Below are positions 19,713-30,012 of a stretch of 64,000 bases of DNA, piece by piece. Every line of letters begins with the position of its first letter. Positions within the stretch are counted from its first letter, which is position 1. This DNA comes from an uncultured delta proteobacterium (GTDB lineage: Bacteria > Desulfobacterota > Binatia > JACPRU01), in assembly GCA_963745025.1 (NCBI GenBank), contig CAVUWD010000016.1:896001-960000 (forward strand), written 5' to 3'. The position numbers were made by a program, and so were the translations under genes. The notes beneath the pieces are model-generated. The model ran no database searches. It had not been told where the DNA came from and saw only the letters and a program-made list of their open reading frames with translations.

Positions 19713-20987
19713 TCAGCGGTGATCTCGGGCCATCACCATGGCGCTGCCGGCGCCGGGATGCGCCCACCCGAGGTTTGCCGTCAACTCAACCTGCCTGACC
19801 TGCCGGCAGCCGCCCTCGGCGTAATCGTAGGTGTGCTGCCGGCGCCCGTCTGCGCCGATCGGGCAGGAGTCGTCCGCATCGTAACGCAACTGCCGCACGT
19901 TCTCGATCACCATGTTCATGCCGTGGGTATAGCCCTCGCACAGGTGGCCGCCGGCGGTGTTGTTGGGGCGCCGGCCGCCGAGTTCGATGGTGCCGTTGGA
20001 GACGTACTCGCCGCCTTCCCCCTTGGCGCAGAAGCCGTAGTCCTCCAACTGCAACATGGTGGTGAAGGTGAAGGCGTCGTAAGAGCCCGTGACGTCGATG
20101 TCCTGCGGCCCGACGCCGGCATTCGGCCACAGAATGTCGCGCGCGTAGTGGCCGGCGACGGTCGAGATGGGCCCGGCCTGATAGTGCAGATGGATGTCGC
20201 CTTTCGGCTTGCACACGCGCCCGGCCACGGCCTGGATCACCGCGGACGGCCGCGGGCAATCGCGCGCCCGGGCGAGCCGCGTGACGATGACACAGGTGGC
20301 GTTGTCGGTCTCCACACAGCAATCGAGCAGATGCAGCGGCTTGCAGATCATGCGCGATTTGAGCACCTCGTCCACCGTGTAACGCTTCTTGTAATAGGCC
20401 TTGGGGTTATTCGATGCGTGCCTGCTGTGCACCACCTTGACCATCGCCACCTGCTCGGGCCTCGTGCCGTATTCGTACATGTGGCGCATGAAGGTCGGCG
20501 CGAAGAGCTGGCCGGCGCTCTGCCAGCCGTAGGCACGGTGATGGATCTGGTCGCCGATGACGGGCGCCGCAGAGCGCGCGCCGGTACCACCGATGCGCAC
20601 CTGCGAGTAGCCGTTCATCGCGCGATAGATGGCGACCGTGTTGCACATGCCGGCTTCGATGACGCCGATGGCGATGCCGATCAGACACTCGGTCGAGGAA
20701 CCACCCCCGTAGATGTCGGTGTAGAAATTCAGGCGGATGCCGAGGTCCGTCGCGACGTGCGGCGCGAAGGTCGAATCGTTGAACGAGTAGCTCAGCATGC
20801 CATCGATGTCGGCCGCGGTCATGCCGGCATCCGCCATCGCGCTGCCGACCGCCCACGTCGCGAGGGACCGCGTGGTCTGATCGGAGCCCCGCCGGTAGCT
20901 GGTTTCACCGATCCCGCAGATGGCGTACTTCCCGCGCAGGTGGCGCGCGGACGACGTGTCCAGATCGGCAGTGTTGGCTGACGCCAT
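19713..20987 (-). CDS. SCP2-thiolase-like / Ltp2-like lipid-transfer protein (probable aldolase)
   Basis: AICGIGET, NNPKA, PLHLLDCCVETD, YDAFT and NTAGGHLCEGY; GGGAGGA RBS. Confidence 0.85.
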   Translation of the reverse strand: MASANTADLDTSSARHLRGKYAICGIGETSYRRGSDQTTRSLATWAVGSAMADAGMTAADIDGMLSYSFNDSTFAPHVATDLGIRLNFYTDIYGGGSSTECLIGIAIGVIEAGMCNTVAIYRAMNGYSQVRIGGTGARSAAPVIGDQIHHRAYGWQSAGQLFAPTFMRHMYEYGTRPEQVAMVKVVHSRHASNNPKAYYKKRYTVDEVLKSRMICKPLHLLDCCVETDNATCVIVTRLARARDCPRPSAVIQAVAGRVCKPKGDIHLHYQAGPISTVAGHYARDILWPNAGVGPQDIDVTGSYDAFTFTTMLQLEDYGFCAKGEGGEYVSNGTIELGGRRPNNTAGGHLCEGYTHGMNMVIENVRQLRYDADDSCPIGADGRRQHTYDYAEGGCRQVRQVELTANLGWAHPGAGSAMVMARDHR

Positions 20988-21359
20988 GAGTATCCTCCCC
21001 AGTAGCCGCGCAATGGGCGCGAGGACAGTATACGTAAGTGGAGCGGACGGAACATTGCTCGAACGTTGAGGGGCCGTCATCTGCTTTCTTGAAGGTACCC
21101 AGCCGGCCGCGTTGCCGGATCCTGAAATGCAACCCCGCCTTCCCCTTCAATTCGCGGCGGGCGTACATCGAGGCGAGGCGGCATCCAAGCCTTCGCTCGG
21201 TGAGCACCGACTTGAGGGCACACTACGGGGCCGGCGGTCACTCTTCTACGCCGGTTCATTTTCGACGCCTGCCGGGCTGGCGCGGGATTGTGGTAGCGTC
21301 GGACCCGCGGATGACCGTACCCTGCTCAGTGCGAGTGGCCTGCTAGTCGAGCGCCCGCG

Positions 21360-22019
21360 ATGACCGGTGAGCAGCCAGAGATCTCCCTTGCTACGCCCCC
21401 TGCGAAGAATCGTGGCTGCCTCTTCTGGGTGGTCGTTCTGGCGGTGGTGGTCGGTGGCGGCGGCTACCTCGCCTACCGCTACGCGAAACACCGGATCGTC
21501 ACAGCCTACACCGAGACGATCCCACTCGACCTCGGCGAGCTTGCGCTCTCCCCGGCAGAGCTCGGCGCGCTCGACGGACGGCTCGCCGGCTTCGCTCACT
21601 CCGTCCGAAACAAGACTCCGGTGGAGCCGCTCGTGCTCACCAGCGAAGAGCTGACGGCGCTTGTCCTGCGCAGCCCTGGGTTCCGGCGGCTCGGCGGACG
21701 CGCACGCTTCTCGATCGGGGATCGGGAGATCCGGGGCGACCTCTCGGTCCCGCTGGAGCGGATGGGCTATCCGGACCGCTGGTTCAACGGGTCGGTCACG
21801 TTTGCGGTCACCCTGGAGAACGGGGTGCTGGTCGTTACGCTGCGATCGGCCTCGGTCAAAGGAGAGCCCGTCCCCGCATGGATCATTCAGCAGCTGCGGA
21901 ACCGGAACCTGGCGAAGGATTTCTACGACAAGCCCGAAGCCGCAGGATTCATCGCACGGTTCGAGTCGATCGAAGTGGGCCACGGGCGGATCACCGTTGT
22001 GCCGCGCCTGCGGCGGTGA
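21360..22019 (+). CDS. Hypothetical membrane-anchored periplasmic protein
   Basis: N-terminal TM (GCLFWVVVLAVVVGGGGYLAY), coherent 219-aa ORF with alpha/beta pattern. Confidence 0.6.
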   Translation: MTGEQPEISLATPPAKNRGCLFWVVVLAVVVGGGGYLAYRYAKHRIVTAYTETIPLDLGELALSPAELGALDGRLAGFAHSVRNKTPVEPLVLTSEELTALVLRSPGFRRLGGRARFSIGDREIRGDLSVPLERMGYPDRWFNGSVTFAVTLENGVLVVTLRSASVKGEPVPAWIIQQLRNRNLAKDFYDKPEAAGFIARFESIEVGHGRITVVPRLRR

Positions 22020-22080
22020 GCGCATCGAACCTCGACGTTCGGGCGAAGCATCCAAAGAATCTACCTTCAGGAGGACTGAC

Positions 22081-22356
22081 ATGACAATCCTACGAGCACT
22101 CCTCACAGGCTTGTTCTTGGTTACCATGCTTGTCGTGGTGGCGGCGCAGGCCGAAGAGCAAAACCAACCGGCCCCCGCTGTGCCCACGGTCGGCGATCCG
22201 CAGAAAGCGGAAGGTTGCATGCCGGGCGGGGGATGTTGCGGCAATTGCGGTGCGGCCACGGACACTGAGCATAAGCCCGAGGCCGCGAAGGACTCTGCAG
22301 CCGGCGAGTGCCCGTGCAAGAAGAAGATGAAGCAGATGCAGAAGCAAGCGTCCTGA
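22081..22356 (+). CDS. Small secreted cysteine-rich protein
   Basis: AGGAGG RBS, signal peptide ending AQA, then CMPGGGCCGNC and CPC motifs. Confidence 0.6.
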   Translation: MTILRALLTGLFLVTMLVVVAAQAEEQNQPAPAVPTVGDPQKAEGCMPGGGCCGNCGAATDTEHKPEAAKDSAAGECPCKKKMKQMQKQAS

Positions 22357-22528
22357 GCGGCCGAATCTCGTTCCTCGAATCTCGTTCGCACCGGAGCCGC
22401 GGCACTGTGCTTGGTTCTGGCGACCCGAAGCGCGAGCGAGAATAAGGCACGCCCCCTCATCCCCCGCCAGCAGCGTCACGCGCCGGCGGGCAATTGCCCC
22501 AGGGGGCTCGATTTGAAACACGAAAGGC

Positions 22529-24364
22529 ATGTCCGACCTGCGCACCGCGCGCTGGCTGTTCGCCCTGCTGCTCGGCCTGTACCTACTCGGCGCGCGCGGC
22601 CACTTCCTCTCCACCGACGAGGTCATCCTCTATCAGGTGACGCAGTCGCTCTGGGAGAAAGGCAGCCTGGCGGTCAGCATCGCCGATCAGGAAGAAGCGC
22701 CCCTCGGCAGGGACGGCCGGCACTACGCCCAGTACGGGCCTGGCCAGTCGGTCGCGGCGCTGCCGCTCTACGGGCTCGGCCGCGCCGTCGAGACCCTGCT
22801 GCGCCCCGGGTCGGCTCCCTACCGGGCGTTCCAGCAAGGGCGGGTGTCGCGGCCGGGGGTTCTATGGAGCGGCGAGGTCGAGCTGTTCTTCGTGAGCCTG
22901 CTGAACAGTCTGCTCACGGCGGCAGCGGTGGCGGTGTTTTTTCTCGTCTTGCGCCAGGACGGCATCGAGCCACCGTGGGCGCTCGCCTGGAGCCTCGTTC
23001 TCGGCGCCGCCGCCTACCTGGGATCGCTGAGCAGCTCGTTCTTCCAGCATCCAAGCGAAGCGCTCTTCGCCCTGGCCGCGTTCTACCTCTTTCGCGCCGA
23101 CGAGGCGCGGCCGTCCTGGCGCCGGCGCGCGGCAGCTGGGGTGTCGATCGCGCTGATGCTGCAGTTTCGGCCGCCGGCCGTCTTCGCACTCCCCGGGCTG
23201 GTTCTTCTGCACGGTACGATCGTCCTTCGGCGCGACTCGCGCCGGCTCTCGCGTGTGCTCGGTGAGCTCGCGCCCGTCACCGTCGCGCTGTTCGCCTCCT
23301 TCGCCCTGCTCTACCTCGGCCAGCACGCCAAGTTCGGCGACCGCCCAGCAGGCTACGCGGCGGTCGGCTTCTCGGCCCCGATCCTCCTCGCTGTGAGGGG
23401 TTATCTCGTTAGCCCAGGGCTGAGCCTTTTCTTCTACGCGCCCGTGCTACTGCTTGCCCTCGCGGGCTTGCCCTCCTTCGTTCGAGCCCGCCCTTTGCTT
23501 GCGGCGTTCCTCGCCGTCCACGGCGCAAGCTACCTCGTCGGCTACGGCACCTTCAACGTCTGGCACGGAATGGTCTGCTTCGGGCCCCGCTATCTCTCGC
23601 CGCTCATTCCTTTCCTGCTCCTGCCCGCGGCCCACTGGTCACAGGCCCGTGGCGCGCACGCGTGGCGCTGGCTCGCGCCGCTCGTCGCGCTCGGCGCTTG
23701 GGTGCAGCTGCTCAACGTCGCCGTGAGCTTCTGGGCCGTCGCCCAGCGCGAGGGCTACCTCGACGTGAAGCCGTACGGCGCGTTCCTCTTCTCCTGGACC
23801 AACCCACCTCTGTTGGCGCACGCTCGCGCCCTGCTCGCCTGGGACGATCGCGTCGACTTCTGGCTCGCAAACCTCGCCAGGGTGTGGGGGCCAGCCACGG
23901 CGCTCGTCGTCGCGCTTGCGCCGGCGGCGCTGATGGCGCTGGCGATCGCCAAGCTCGCGGGCAAGCCTGCACCGCGCCCGCGCACCCGGCGCCGTTGGCG
24001 GCTCCCAGCGGGCCTGGCTCTGGTCGCGCTTCTCGTCACCTGGCGCGAGCTCGACCTCCGCCCGGCGCACGAGCTCGCTCCCCCGAACGACCCCCCCGAA
24101 GCGATCGACGCGGGGCTGATGCGCCGGGGCATGGACGCTCTATCGGAGGGCCGCCCACAGGCCGCCGAGCCACTGTTTCGGCGCGTGCTGCGCCGCACCG
24201 TCGGCCACTACGGCGCTCACTTTCAGCTCGCGCGCACCCTCGACGCGCAGCGCCGCCGCGCCGAAGCGCTCGAGCTGTGGCGCGACGTGGCGGTGATGGC
24301 GGAACGCAACCGGGACGACGACACCCTGCAGACGGCCCGCCGCCGCCTCGCCGAAGGACGTTGA
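22529..24364 (+). CDS. Polytopic membrane glycosyltransferase (GT-C/ArnT-like) with C-terminal TPR
   Basis: STDE loop motif, YGPGQS, LFFYAP, FGPRYLSP, many TM segments; TPR-like HYGAHFQLARTLD. Confidence 0.65.
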   Translation: MSDLRTARWLFALLLGLYLLGARGHFLSTDEVILYQVTQSLWEKGSLAVSIADQEEAPLGRDGRHYAQYGPGQSVAALPLYGLGRAVETLLRPGSAPYRAFQQGRVSRPGVLWSGEVELFFVSLLNSLLTAAAVAVFFLVLRQDGIEPPWALAWSLVLGAAAYLGSLSSSFFQHPSEALFALAAFYLFRADEARPSWRRRAAAGVSIALMLQFRPPAVFALPGLVLLHGTIVLRRDSRRLSRVLGELAPVTVALFASFALLYLGQHAKFGDRPAGYAAVGFSAPILLAVRGYLVSPGLSLFFYAPVLLLALAGLPSFVRARPLLAAFLAVHGASYLVGYGTFNVWHGMVCFGPRYLSPLIPFLLLPAAHWSQARGAHAWRWLAPLVALGAWVQLLNVAVSFWAVAQREGYLDVKPYGAFLFSWTNPPLLAHARALLAWDDRVDFWLANLARVWGPATALVVALAPAALMALAIAKLAGKPAPRPRTRRRWRLPAGLALVALLVTWRELDLRPAHELAPPNDPPEAIDAGLMRRGMDALSEGRPQAAEPLFRRVLRRTVGHYGAHFQLARTLDAQRRRAEALELWRDVAVMAERNRDDDTLQTARRRLAEGR

Positions 24365-24592
24365 GAGCGCGTTCTCTGAACTGAAATCTCTTTGCTCTTT
24401 CTTGGCGGCCTGTTTTCTTTCGATCAGAGCGCGCCGTCTTCGAGTCGCGTCTCCGGCCCCCGGCTGACGTCAATGTCCCGAACCTGCTCCTTGCGGAAGC
24501 AAAGTGGCTCTTTGCAGGGGCCGTCGCGCGAAACTATGTTGGATGCGTATCGTCCTATGAAAACGGAAGCAGCGTTGCGTCGAGGAGAGATC

Positions 24593-26632
24593 ATGATGAG
24601 TGAGATTGAGGAAATCGTCCGCACCACTTGCCCGCGCGATTGCTACGACACCTGCGGAGTTGCCGTTCACAAGCGCAACGGCGCCGTCGAGTCGGTGCGC
24701 GGCGACCCCCGCCATTTCGTAAGCCGGGGCCAGCTCTGCACCAAATGCTCGATTGGCTACAACAACGAATGGCTGGACCCGCGCTCGCGCCTGACCCAGC
24801 CGCTTCGCCGCGTGGGGCGCAAGGGCGAGGGCCGCTTTGAGCCGGTGTCATGGAACGTCGCGCTGGCTGCGATCGCCGACCGGCTCAAGCAGATCGTCGC
24901 GAGCGCCGGCCCGCAGACCATCCTCAATACGCATTACAGCGGCACGATCTCGCTGATCGCGTATCTCTTCCCGATGCGTTTCTTCAATCGGCTCGGCGCG
25001 ACCGAGGTCAGCCCCGACACGATTTGCAACATGGCCGGCCACGTGGCGCTGCATTACGTGTACGGAACTTCGGTGAGCGGCTTCGATCCGCGTACCGGCG
25101 ACGACGCCGCCTGCATCATCGTATGGGGCGCTAACCCGACCGCCTCGGGCCCGCACGTGCAGGAGCACTGGCTCGCGAAGTTGCCCGGCAAGGTCGTGGT
25201 TGTCGACCCGGTGCGGACCGCGACGGCTGCGGCGGCGGACCTCCATCTTCAGCCGTTCCCGGGGAGCGATGCGGCACTGGCGTTTTCGATGCTCCACGTC
25301 ATCCGGCGCGACGGGCTGGTCGATCGCGACTTCGTCGCACGACACACCGTGGGATGGGACGAGCTCGAACCGATGCTCGCGCCGTGTACGCCCGCCTGGG
25401 GCGAGGCCGCGACCGGCGTGCCCGCCCATCTGATCGAGGAGACTGCGCGCGTGTACGGCCGGGGGCCGTCGCTGTTGTGGCTGGGCCAGGCGCTCCAGCG
25501 TCAGCCGACCGGCGGCAACGTGATGCGCGCGTGCTCGCTTCTTCCGGCGGTGACCGGAAATCTCGGCAAGCCCGGCGCCGGTTTCGTGTACCTGAACTTC
25601 GACATGACGCAACGCGGCATCGACGGCGAGTATCTGACCGCGCCGCATCTGAGCAAGAGCGCTCCGCCGTCAGTCAGCCAGATGGATCTCGCGGCCTGTC
25701 TCGAGGACCCCGCGCGTGCGCAGGCCCTGATGTGCTGGAACATCAATATCGCGGCGTCCAACCCGCAGCAGGAGCGCCTGCGCAGGGCGCTGACGCGCGA
25801 AGACCTGATGACCGTCGTGCTCGATCTGTTTTCGACCGACACCACCGACTTTGCCGATTTCGTGCTGCCGGCGGCGAGCTTCCTGGAATTCGACGATCTC
25901 GTGGCGAGCTACTTTCACCTGACCCTTTCGGCGCAGGTCAAGGCGGCGGAGCCGATGGGCGAGGCGCTGCCCAATTCGGAAATATTTCGCCGTCTGGCCC
26001 GCGCGATGGACTTCGCCGAGCCCGAGTTGCACGAGAGCGATTCCGAAATCATCGCCACACTGTTGAAGCGCGCAAACCTCGACGGAGACTTCCGCGCGTT
26101 TTCCGCACGAGCGCCCGTGCACGTTCCCGCCGAACCGGCGATCCAGTTTCGCGATCTGATCTTTCCCACGCCCAGCGGACGTGTCGAAATCGCCTCCGAG
26201 AGCGCCGCGGCTGACGGCCATCCGCGACTGCCACAGCCGCTGGCCGATCCCAGGCCGGCGTCGGGGCGGCTGCGATTGTTGTCGCCATCCTCGTCGTGGA
26301 GCCTGAACGACAGCTTCTCGAACGTGGCCAAGATCGCGGCCCACGTGGGCCCGGCCACGATCGCGATGCATCCGGCCGACGCTGCCGGGCGGGGGCTCGC
26401 CGAAGGCGACCAGGCGTTGGTGGCCAACGAAACTGGCCGCCTGGTGATGCGCGTCACCTTGACCGAGACCGTGCCTCGCGGCGTCGCGCTGTCGCACAAG
26501 GGCCGCTGGCCAAAGCAGGAAACCGGACAGAGAAACGTGAACGTACTCAACGCCGGGCGCAAGGCGGATATGGGGGAAAGCACCGCCGTGCACGGCGTGG
26601 AGGTTACTGTAGGCCCGTTGGCTTCGGCCTGA
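24593..26632 (+). CDS. Molybdopterin-dependent oxidoreductase (DMSO reductase family, cytoplasmic)
   Basis: CPRDCYDTC...LCTK 4Fe-4S motif, WGANP, VVDP, PGSDAALA, TDFADFVLPAA and FPTPSGRVE; no TAT signal. Confidence 0.9.
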   Translation: MMSEIEEIVRTTCPRDCYDTCGVAVHKRNGAVESVRGDPRHFVSRGQLCTKCSIGYNNEWLDPRSRLTQPLRRVGRKGEGRFEPVSWNVALAAIADRLKQIVASAGPQTILNTHYSGTISLIAYLFPMRFFNRLGATEVSPDTICNMAGHVALHYVYGTSVSGFDPRTGDDAACIIVWGANPTASGPHVQEHWLAKLPGKVVVVDPVRTATAAAADLHLQPFPGSDAALAFSMLHVIRRDGLVDRDFVARHTVGWDELEPMLAPCTPAWGEAATGVPAHLIEETARVYGRGPSLLWLGQALQRQPTGGNVMRACSLLPAVTGNLGKPGAGFVYLNFDMTQRGIDGEYLTAPHLSKSAPPSVSQMDLAACLEDPARAQALMCWNINIAASNPQQERLRRALTREDLMTVVLDLFSTDTTDFADFVLPAASFLEFDDLVASYFHLTLSAQVKAAEPMGEALPNSEIFRRLARAMDFAEPELHESDSEIIATLLKRANLDGDFRAFSARAPVHVPAEPAIQFRDLIFPTPSGRVEIASESAAADGHPRLPQPLADPRPASGRLRLLSPSSSWSLNDSFSNVAKIAAHVGPATIAMHPADAAGRGLAEGDQALVANETGRLVMRVTLTETVPRGVALSHKGRWPKQETGQRNVNVLNAGRKADMGESTAVHGVEVTVGPLASA

Positions 26633-26740
26633 GCGCCGTTTCCTTTGACCCGTTTCGCCTGGAGGGCTGCCACCGGCGGCCGCGGCGACCGCCAATGAAC
26701 GCCACTGTCGCCGTCGCGAGGGGAGTACCCCGCTCGAGAC

Positions 26741-27445
26741 TCATCCGATCCAGCGGGCGATAGCAAAGGCCGCGGCTGCCGCGAGACCGCCGACGACGGT
26801 CGTCTGTAGAGCACCGCGAAGGGCCGGCACGCCCGTAAAGCGGCTCTTGATCGCGCCGAACGCGGAGAGCGAGAGCAGCGTGACGGCCACCGAGATTGGC
26901 AGCGCGCGGCGAGTGTCCGGCATCATGAGGTAGGCGCTGAGCGGGATGAAACCGCCGACCACGTAAGCGGCCGCAATCGTCAATGCGCTCCTCAGCGCGC
27001 GGCCCGCCTCGGGAGGCTCGAGACCGAGCTCGAAGCGCATCATGAACTTCACCCAATCCTGTGGGCGTTCGCGGAGGGATTCGACGACGCTGACACTCTC
27101 CGCGGAAGTGAGGCCGTAGGTACGAAAGAGGTCGCGGACTTCCCGCGCCTCGGTATCGGGTACGGAGGCGATCTCGGCCTGCTCGCGCGTCAGCTCGTGG
27201 GCATAGTGCTCCGCGTCACTTCGGGCGGCGAGGTAGCCTCCCAGACCCATCGCGATGGCGCCTGCTGCAATCTCGGCCAGACCCGCGGTGACGATGATGT
27301 GGGTCTCCGCAATCGCCCCGGTCAAACCGGCCGCGAGGGCAAAGGGCACGGTCAAGCCATCGGACATGCCGATCACGACGTCGCGAACCGCTTCGCCGGC
27401 GGTGAAGTGCCTTTCAACGTGTCGGGTCGAGGGCAGGTCAGCCAC
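26741..27445 (-). CDS. VIT1/CCC1 family iron/manganese transporter
   Basis: RDVVIGMSDGLTVPFALAAG, AEIAAGAIAMGLGGYLA and MMRFELGL. Confidence 0.92.
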   Translation of the reverse strand: MADLPSTRHVERHFTAGEAVRDVVIGMSDGLTVPFALAAGLTGAIAETHIIVTAGLAEIAAGAIAMGLGGYLAARSDAEHYAHELTREQAEIASVPDTEAREVRDLFRTYGLTSAESVSVVESLRERPQDWVKFMMRFELGLEPPEAGRALRSALTIAAAYVVGGFIPLSAYLMMPDTRRALPISVAVTLLSLSAFGAIKSRFTGVPALRGALQTTVVGGLAAAAAFAIARWIG

Positions 27446-27544
27446 AGCCTTTACGGGGCGTCGTCGTATGCGAATCGATCCGCGAAGCGGCCCCACGCGA
27501 CGAGCGCGCCGCGCCCGCGCTCGACGGTGCGTGCGCGATGCGGC

Positions 27545-28513
27545 TCAGCCGAGCTTCGGCAGCACCCTGTCAGTGAGCGATAGAAACGTCTGGTGGCTGA
27601 GCGGCGCGCCGATCAAAGAATCGAGATGGATCTCCTCTCGGAGCCTCAGGATCGTTTCGAGCACGGCTTCGGCCGTCCCGTGGATCACGACCGAGTCGAG
27701 GTAGCGTTGCAGCATCTCCTTTGGGTCACCGCGGCCCCCTGGATTCACGTAGGTCTTCAGCAGCCACCTGACGCCGTCGGCGGCGACGTTCTTCGCTTCG
27801 GCGTCGGTCGGCGCGATCGCGATCAACCGAGCCACCGGGATCTCGCGCCCTTCGATCGAATGTCCGTGGCCTTCGAGCTCGCGTTGGTATAGCGCGCGCT
27901 GGCCGCCGATCTCCGCGTGGGTGGGATGCGGGCTCATGAGAATCGAGTGTCCCGCCGCTGCCGCCCATCGGATCGCTTCGTCGGTGGATGCCGCCATCCA
28001 CGCCGGGGGGTGCGGCTGCTGCAGCGGCTTTGGCAGGACTTCGAGATCCTCGAACGAGTGGAAGCGGCCGCGAAAGCTCAATCGCGGATTGCTCCACGCC
28101 CGCATCACGATCTCGACCGCTTCACGGAATCGAGCATGAGTTTCGTTCGCCGGGACGCCGAACGCCTGGAACTCCCGAGGATCGAAGCCCCGCCCCGCTC
28201 CCCAATTGACCCTTCCACCGGAGAGGATGTCGAGCAGGGCGATTTCCTCCGCCAGCCGCACCGGGTGATACAACGCCGCGAGCGTCACCGCCGCGCCGAT
28301 ACGCAGCCGCTTCGTGCGCGCGGCGGCATATGCCCCCATCACCGGAATCGACGGGCAGACGCTGTAGTCGCTGAAGTGGTGCTCGGTGAGCCACACCGCA
28401 TGGTAGCCGCTCCGCTCCATGATCTCGATTCGTTGCAGCGCACGCTCGAACACCGTGGGCAGCGGACCGCGCCGTTCCGGCCAGCTGAAGAATTGAAGAA
28501 TTCCGAGCTTCAC
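27545..28513 (-). CDS. LLM class flavin-dependent oxidoreductase
   Basis: WLTEHHFS, HPVRLAEEIALLDILSGGR and PKPLQQPHPP. Confidence 0.92.
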   Translation of the reverse strand: MKLGILQFFSWPERRGPLPTVFERALQRIEIMERSGYHAVWLTEHHFSDYSVCPSIPVMGAYAAARTKRLRIGAAVTLAALYHPVRLAEEIALLDILSGGRVNWGAGRGFDPREFQAFGVPANETHARFREAVEIVMRAWSNPRLSFRGRFHSFEDLEVLPKPLQQPHPPAWMAASTDEAIRWAAAAGHSILMSPHPTHAEIGGQRALYQRELEGHGHSIEGREIPVARLIAIAPTDAEAKNVAADGVRWLLKTYVNPGGRGDPKEMLQRYLDSVVIHGTAEAVLETILRLREEIHLDSLIGAPLSHQTFLSLTDRVLPKLG

Positions 28514-28677
28514 GTGGATCGCCCTGCCCGACGCTCTTCTCTAGCATGAGGTAACTGTTCGGCCCACGCGCTCCGGTTGGATCTTGCGATCGATGTCGCC
28601 CCGCGATTTTGGCTCCTCTGCCCGTGGGGCCCGAAAGGGCTTTTCAGAAGCAGCCTGCTAGAGCGGGGCGAGCCACT

Positions 28678-29688
28678 TCACGAGTGCGCGCCGGTTCCGA
28701 GCGCCACCATCTCGCGGTAGATCGTCGTCGGCCCGCGGCGGCCGTCGAGCTCGACTTCGCCCGGCACTGGGGCGTGGCGCAGCTTGACCACGAGCCGAAT
28801 GTCCTCGTCGCCGGCCGCCCTCGCGACGCGCGTGGAGCGGGTTTCACCACCCCGCTCCACGCGCGTCGCGATCGTCCGCTTCTTCGCGATTTTCTCCAGG
28901 GCCGCGTGCGAGAGGTCGTATGTTCTGCCGCCTGCGCGAACCGCGATCCGATTCCGTGCCTCCTCCGCCATCCGGGGAGACAAGCGGTCGATGACGAGGA
29001 AATTCCCCTCCGACTTCAATCGGCGCGCGAGGCGCTCGATCAGGTGTGCGTCTTCGGCGCGCGCGACTTGCCGCGCTCTCAGAAATCCCAAGGAGAGCAG
29101 CGGAAGGAGAATCACCAGGAACACCGGAAGCGCGATTCGGTACGGCGGCGCGTCGAAGCGAACGGCGCGGTTCACGTCGACCCGCATCAGGTCTAGGGTC
29201 ACCGGAACAGCAACCGACGCGACGACGAGAACGAGGGCGTTCAGCGGGCTCGTCGATTGCTCGACCCCGAGCAAGACGACGACCGAGCTGGCGACCAGCA
29301 GCGACGAGAAGCAGACCGTCGGCGATCGCGGCGAACCGGCGTAGAGGATGGCCGTCAGCAACGAGGGGAGCGCGAGGACGCGCAGAACGCCGTCCATCTG
29401 CGCCTGGGTATAGGCGGCGCTCAGTGCCAGCACGACGAGGGCGGCGCTGACGTTCGCCAGCGCGAGCGCCGCAAACGCCTTGATCCCCACGGCGGCTCCC
29501 AAGTCCCAGCGGAGGAGATGCCACAGACCGCTCTCGCGGTATCGCAGACTGACGTCAATCGCCTGCTCGTCGAGCACCTTGGCCCGACACCGCGCCGGAT
29601 CGTCACAGGCGGTGGCGAGAAACGAGCGCGGTTCATCGGTCCACAGCGGCCATACGCGGCAACGCTCGCAAGACACTCGCAGGAGCAT
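28678..29688 (-). CDS. Hypothetical membrane protein with Cys-containing N-terminus
   Basis: About 5 hydrophobic segments; N-terminal CERC...C...C; start uncertain. Confidence 0.5.
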   Translation of the reverse strand: MLLRVSCERCRVWPLWTDEPRSFLATACDDPARCRAKVLDEQAIDVSLRYRESGLWHLLRWDLGAAVGIKAFAALALANVSAALVVLALSAAYTQAQMDGVLRVLALPSLLTAILYAGSPRSPTVCFSSLLVASSVVVLLGVEQSTSPLNALVLVVASVAVPVTLDLMRVDVNRAVRFDAPPYRIALPVFLVILLPLLSLGFLRARQVARAEDAHLIERLARRLKSEGNFLVIDRLSPRMAEEARNRIAVRAGGRTYDLSHAALEKIAKKRTIATRVERGGETRSTRVARAAGDEDIRLVVKLRHAPVPGEVELDGRRGPTTIYREMVALGTGAHS

Positions 29689-30012
29689 GAGCGGTTCTCT
29701 CGGTACGCGGCGAGTCGGCGCTTGGCTTCGACGAAGCCCGTTCGCGTGCAATCCTTAGACGAACGAGATCAGCGCCCTATTCACCACGTTGCTCCCCCGC
29801 CCGCTCGCGCGCGCGCGGACGGCGTGGAATCTCGGACCTGCCGAGTCACAAAACAGAAGCGCCCCGATCTACCTCTCCACGGGCTCGAGGACGCCTTCGA
29901 GGTGAATCTCGCAGCTGCTCTCGCCGGGAGCGAGGCCGCCACGTCACGAGCGCTTGCGAGTCGCCCGTCCCGGCTGATATCGCATGCCCGGTAACGTGGC
30001 GGAGGATCCCCG

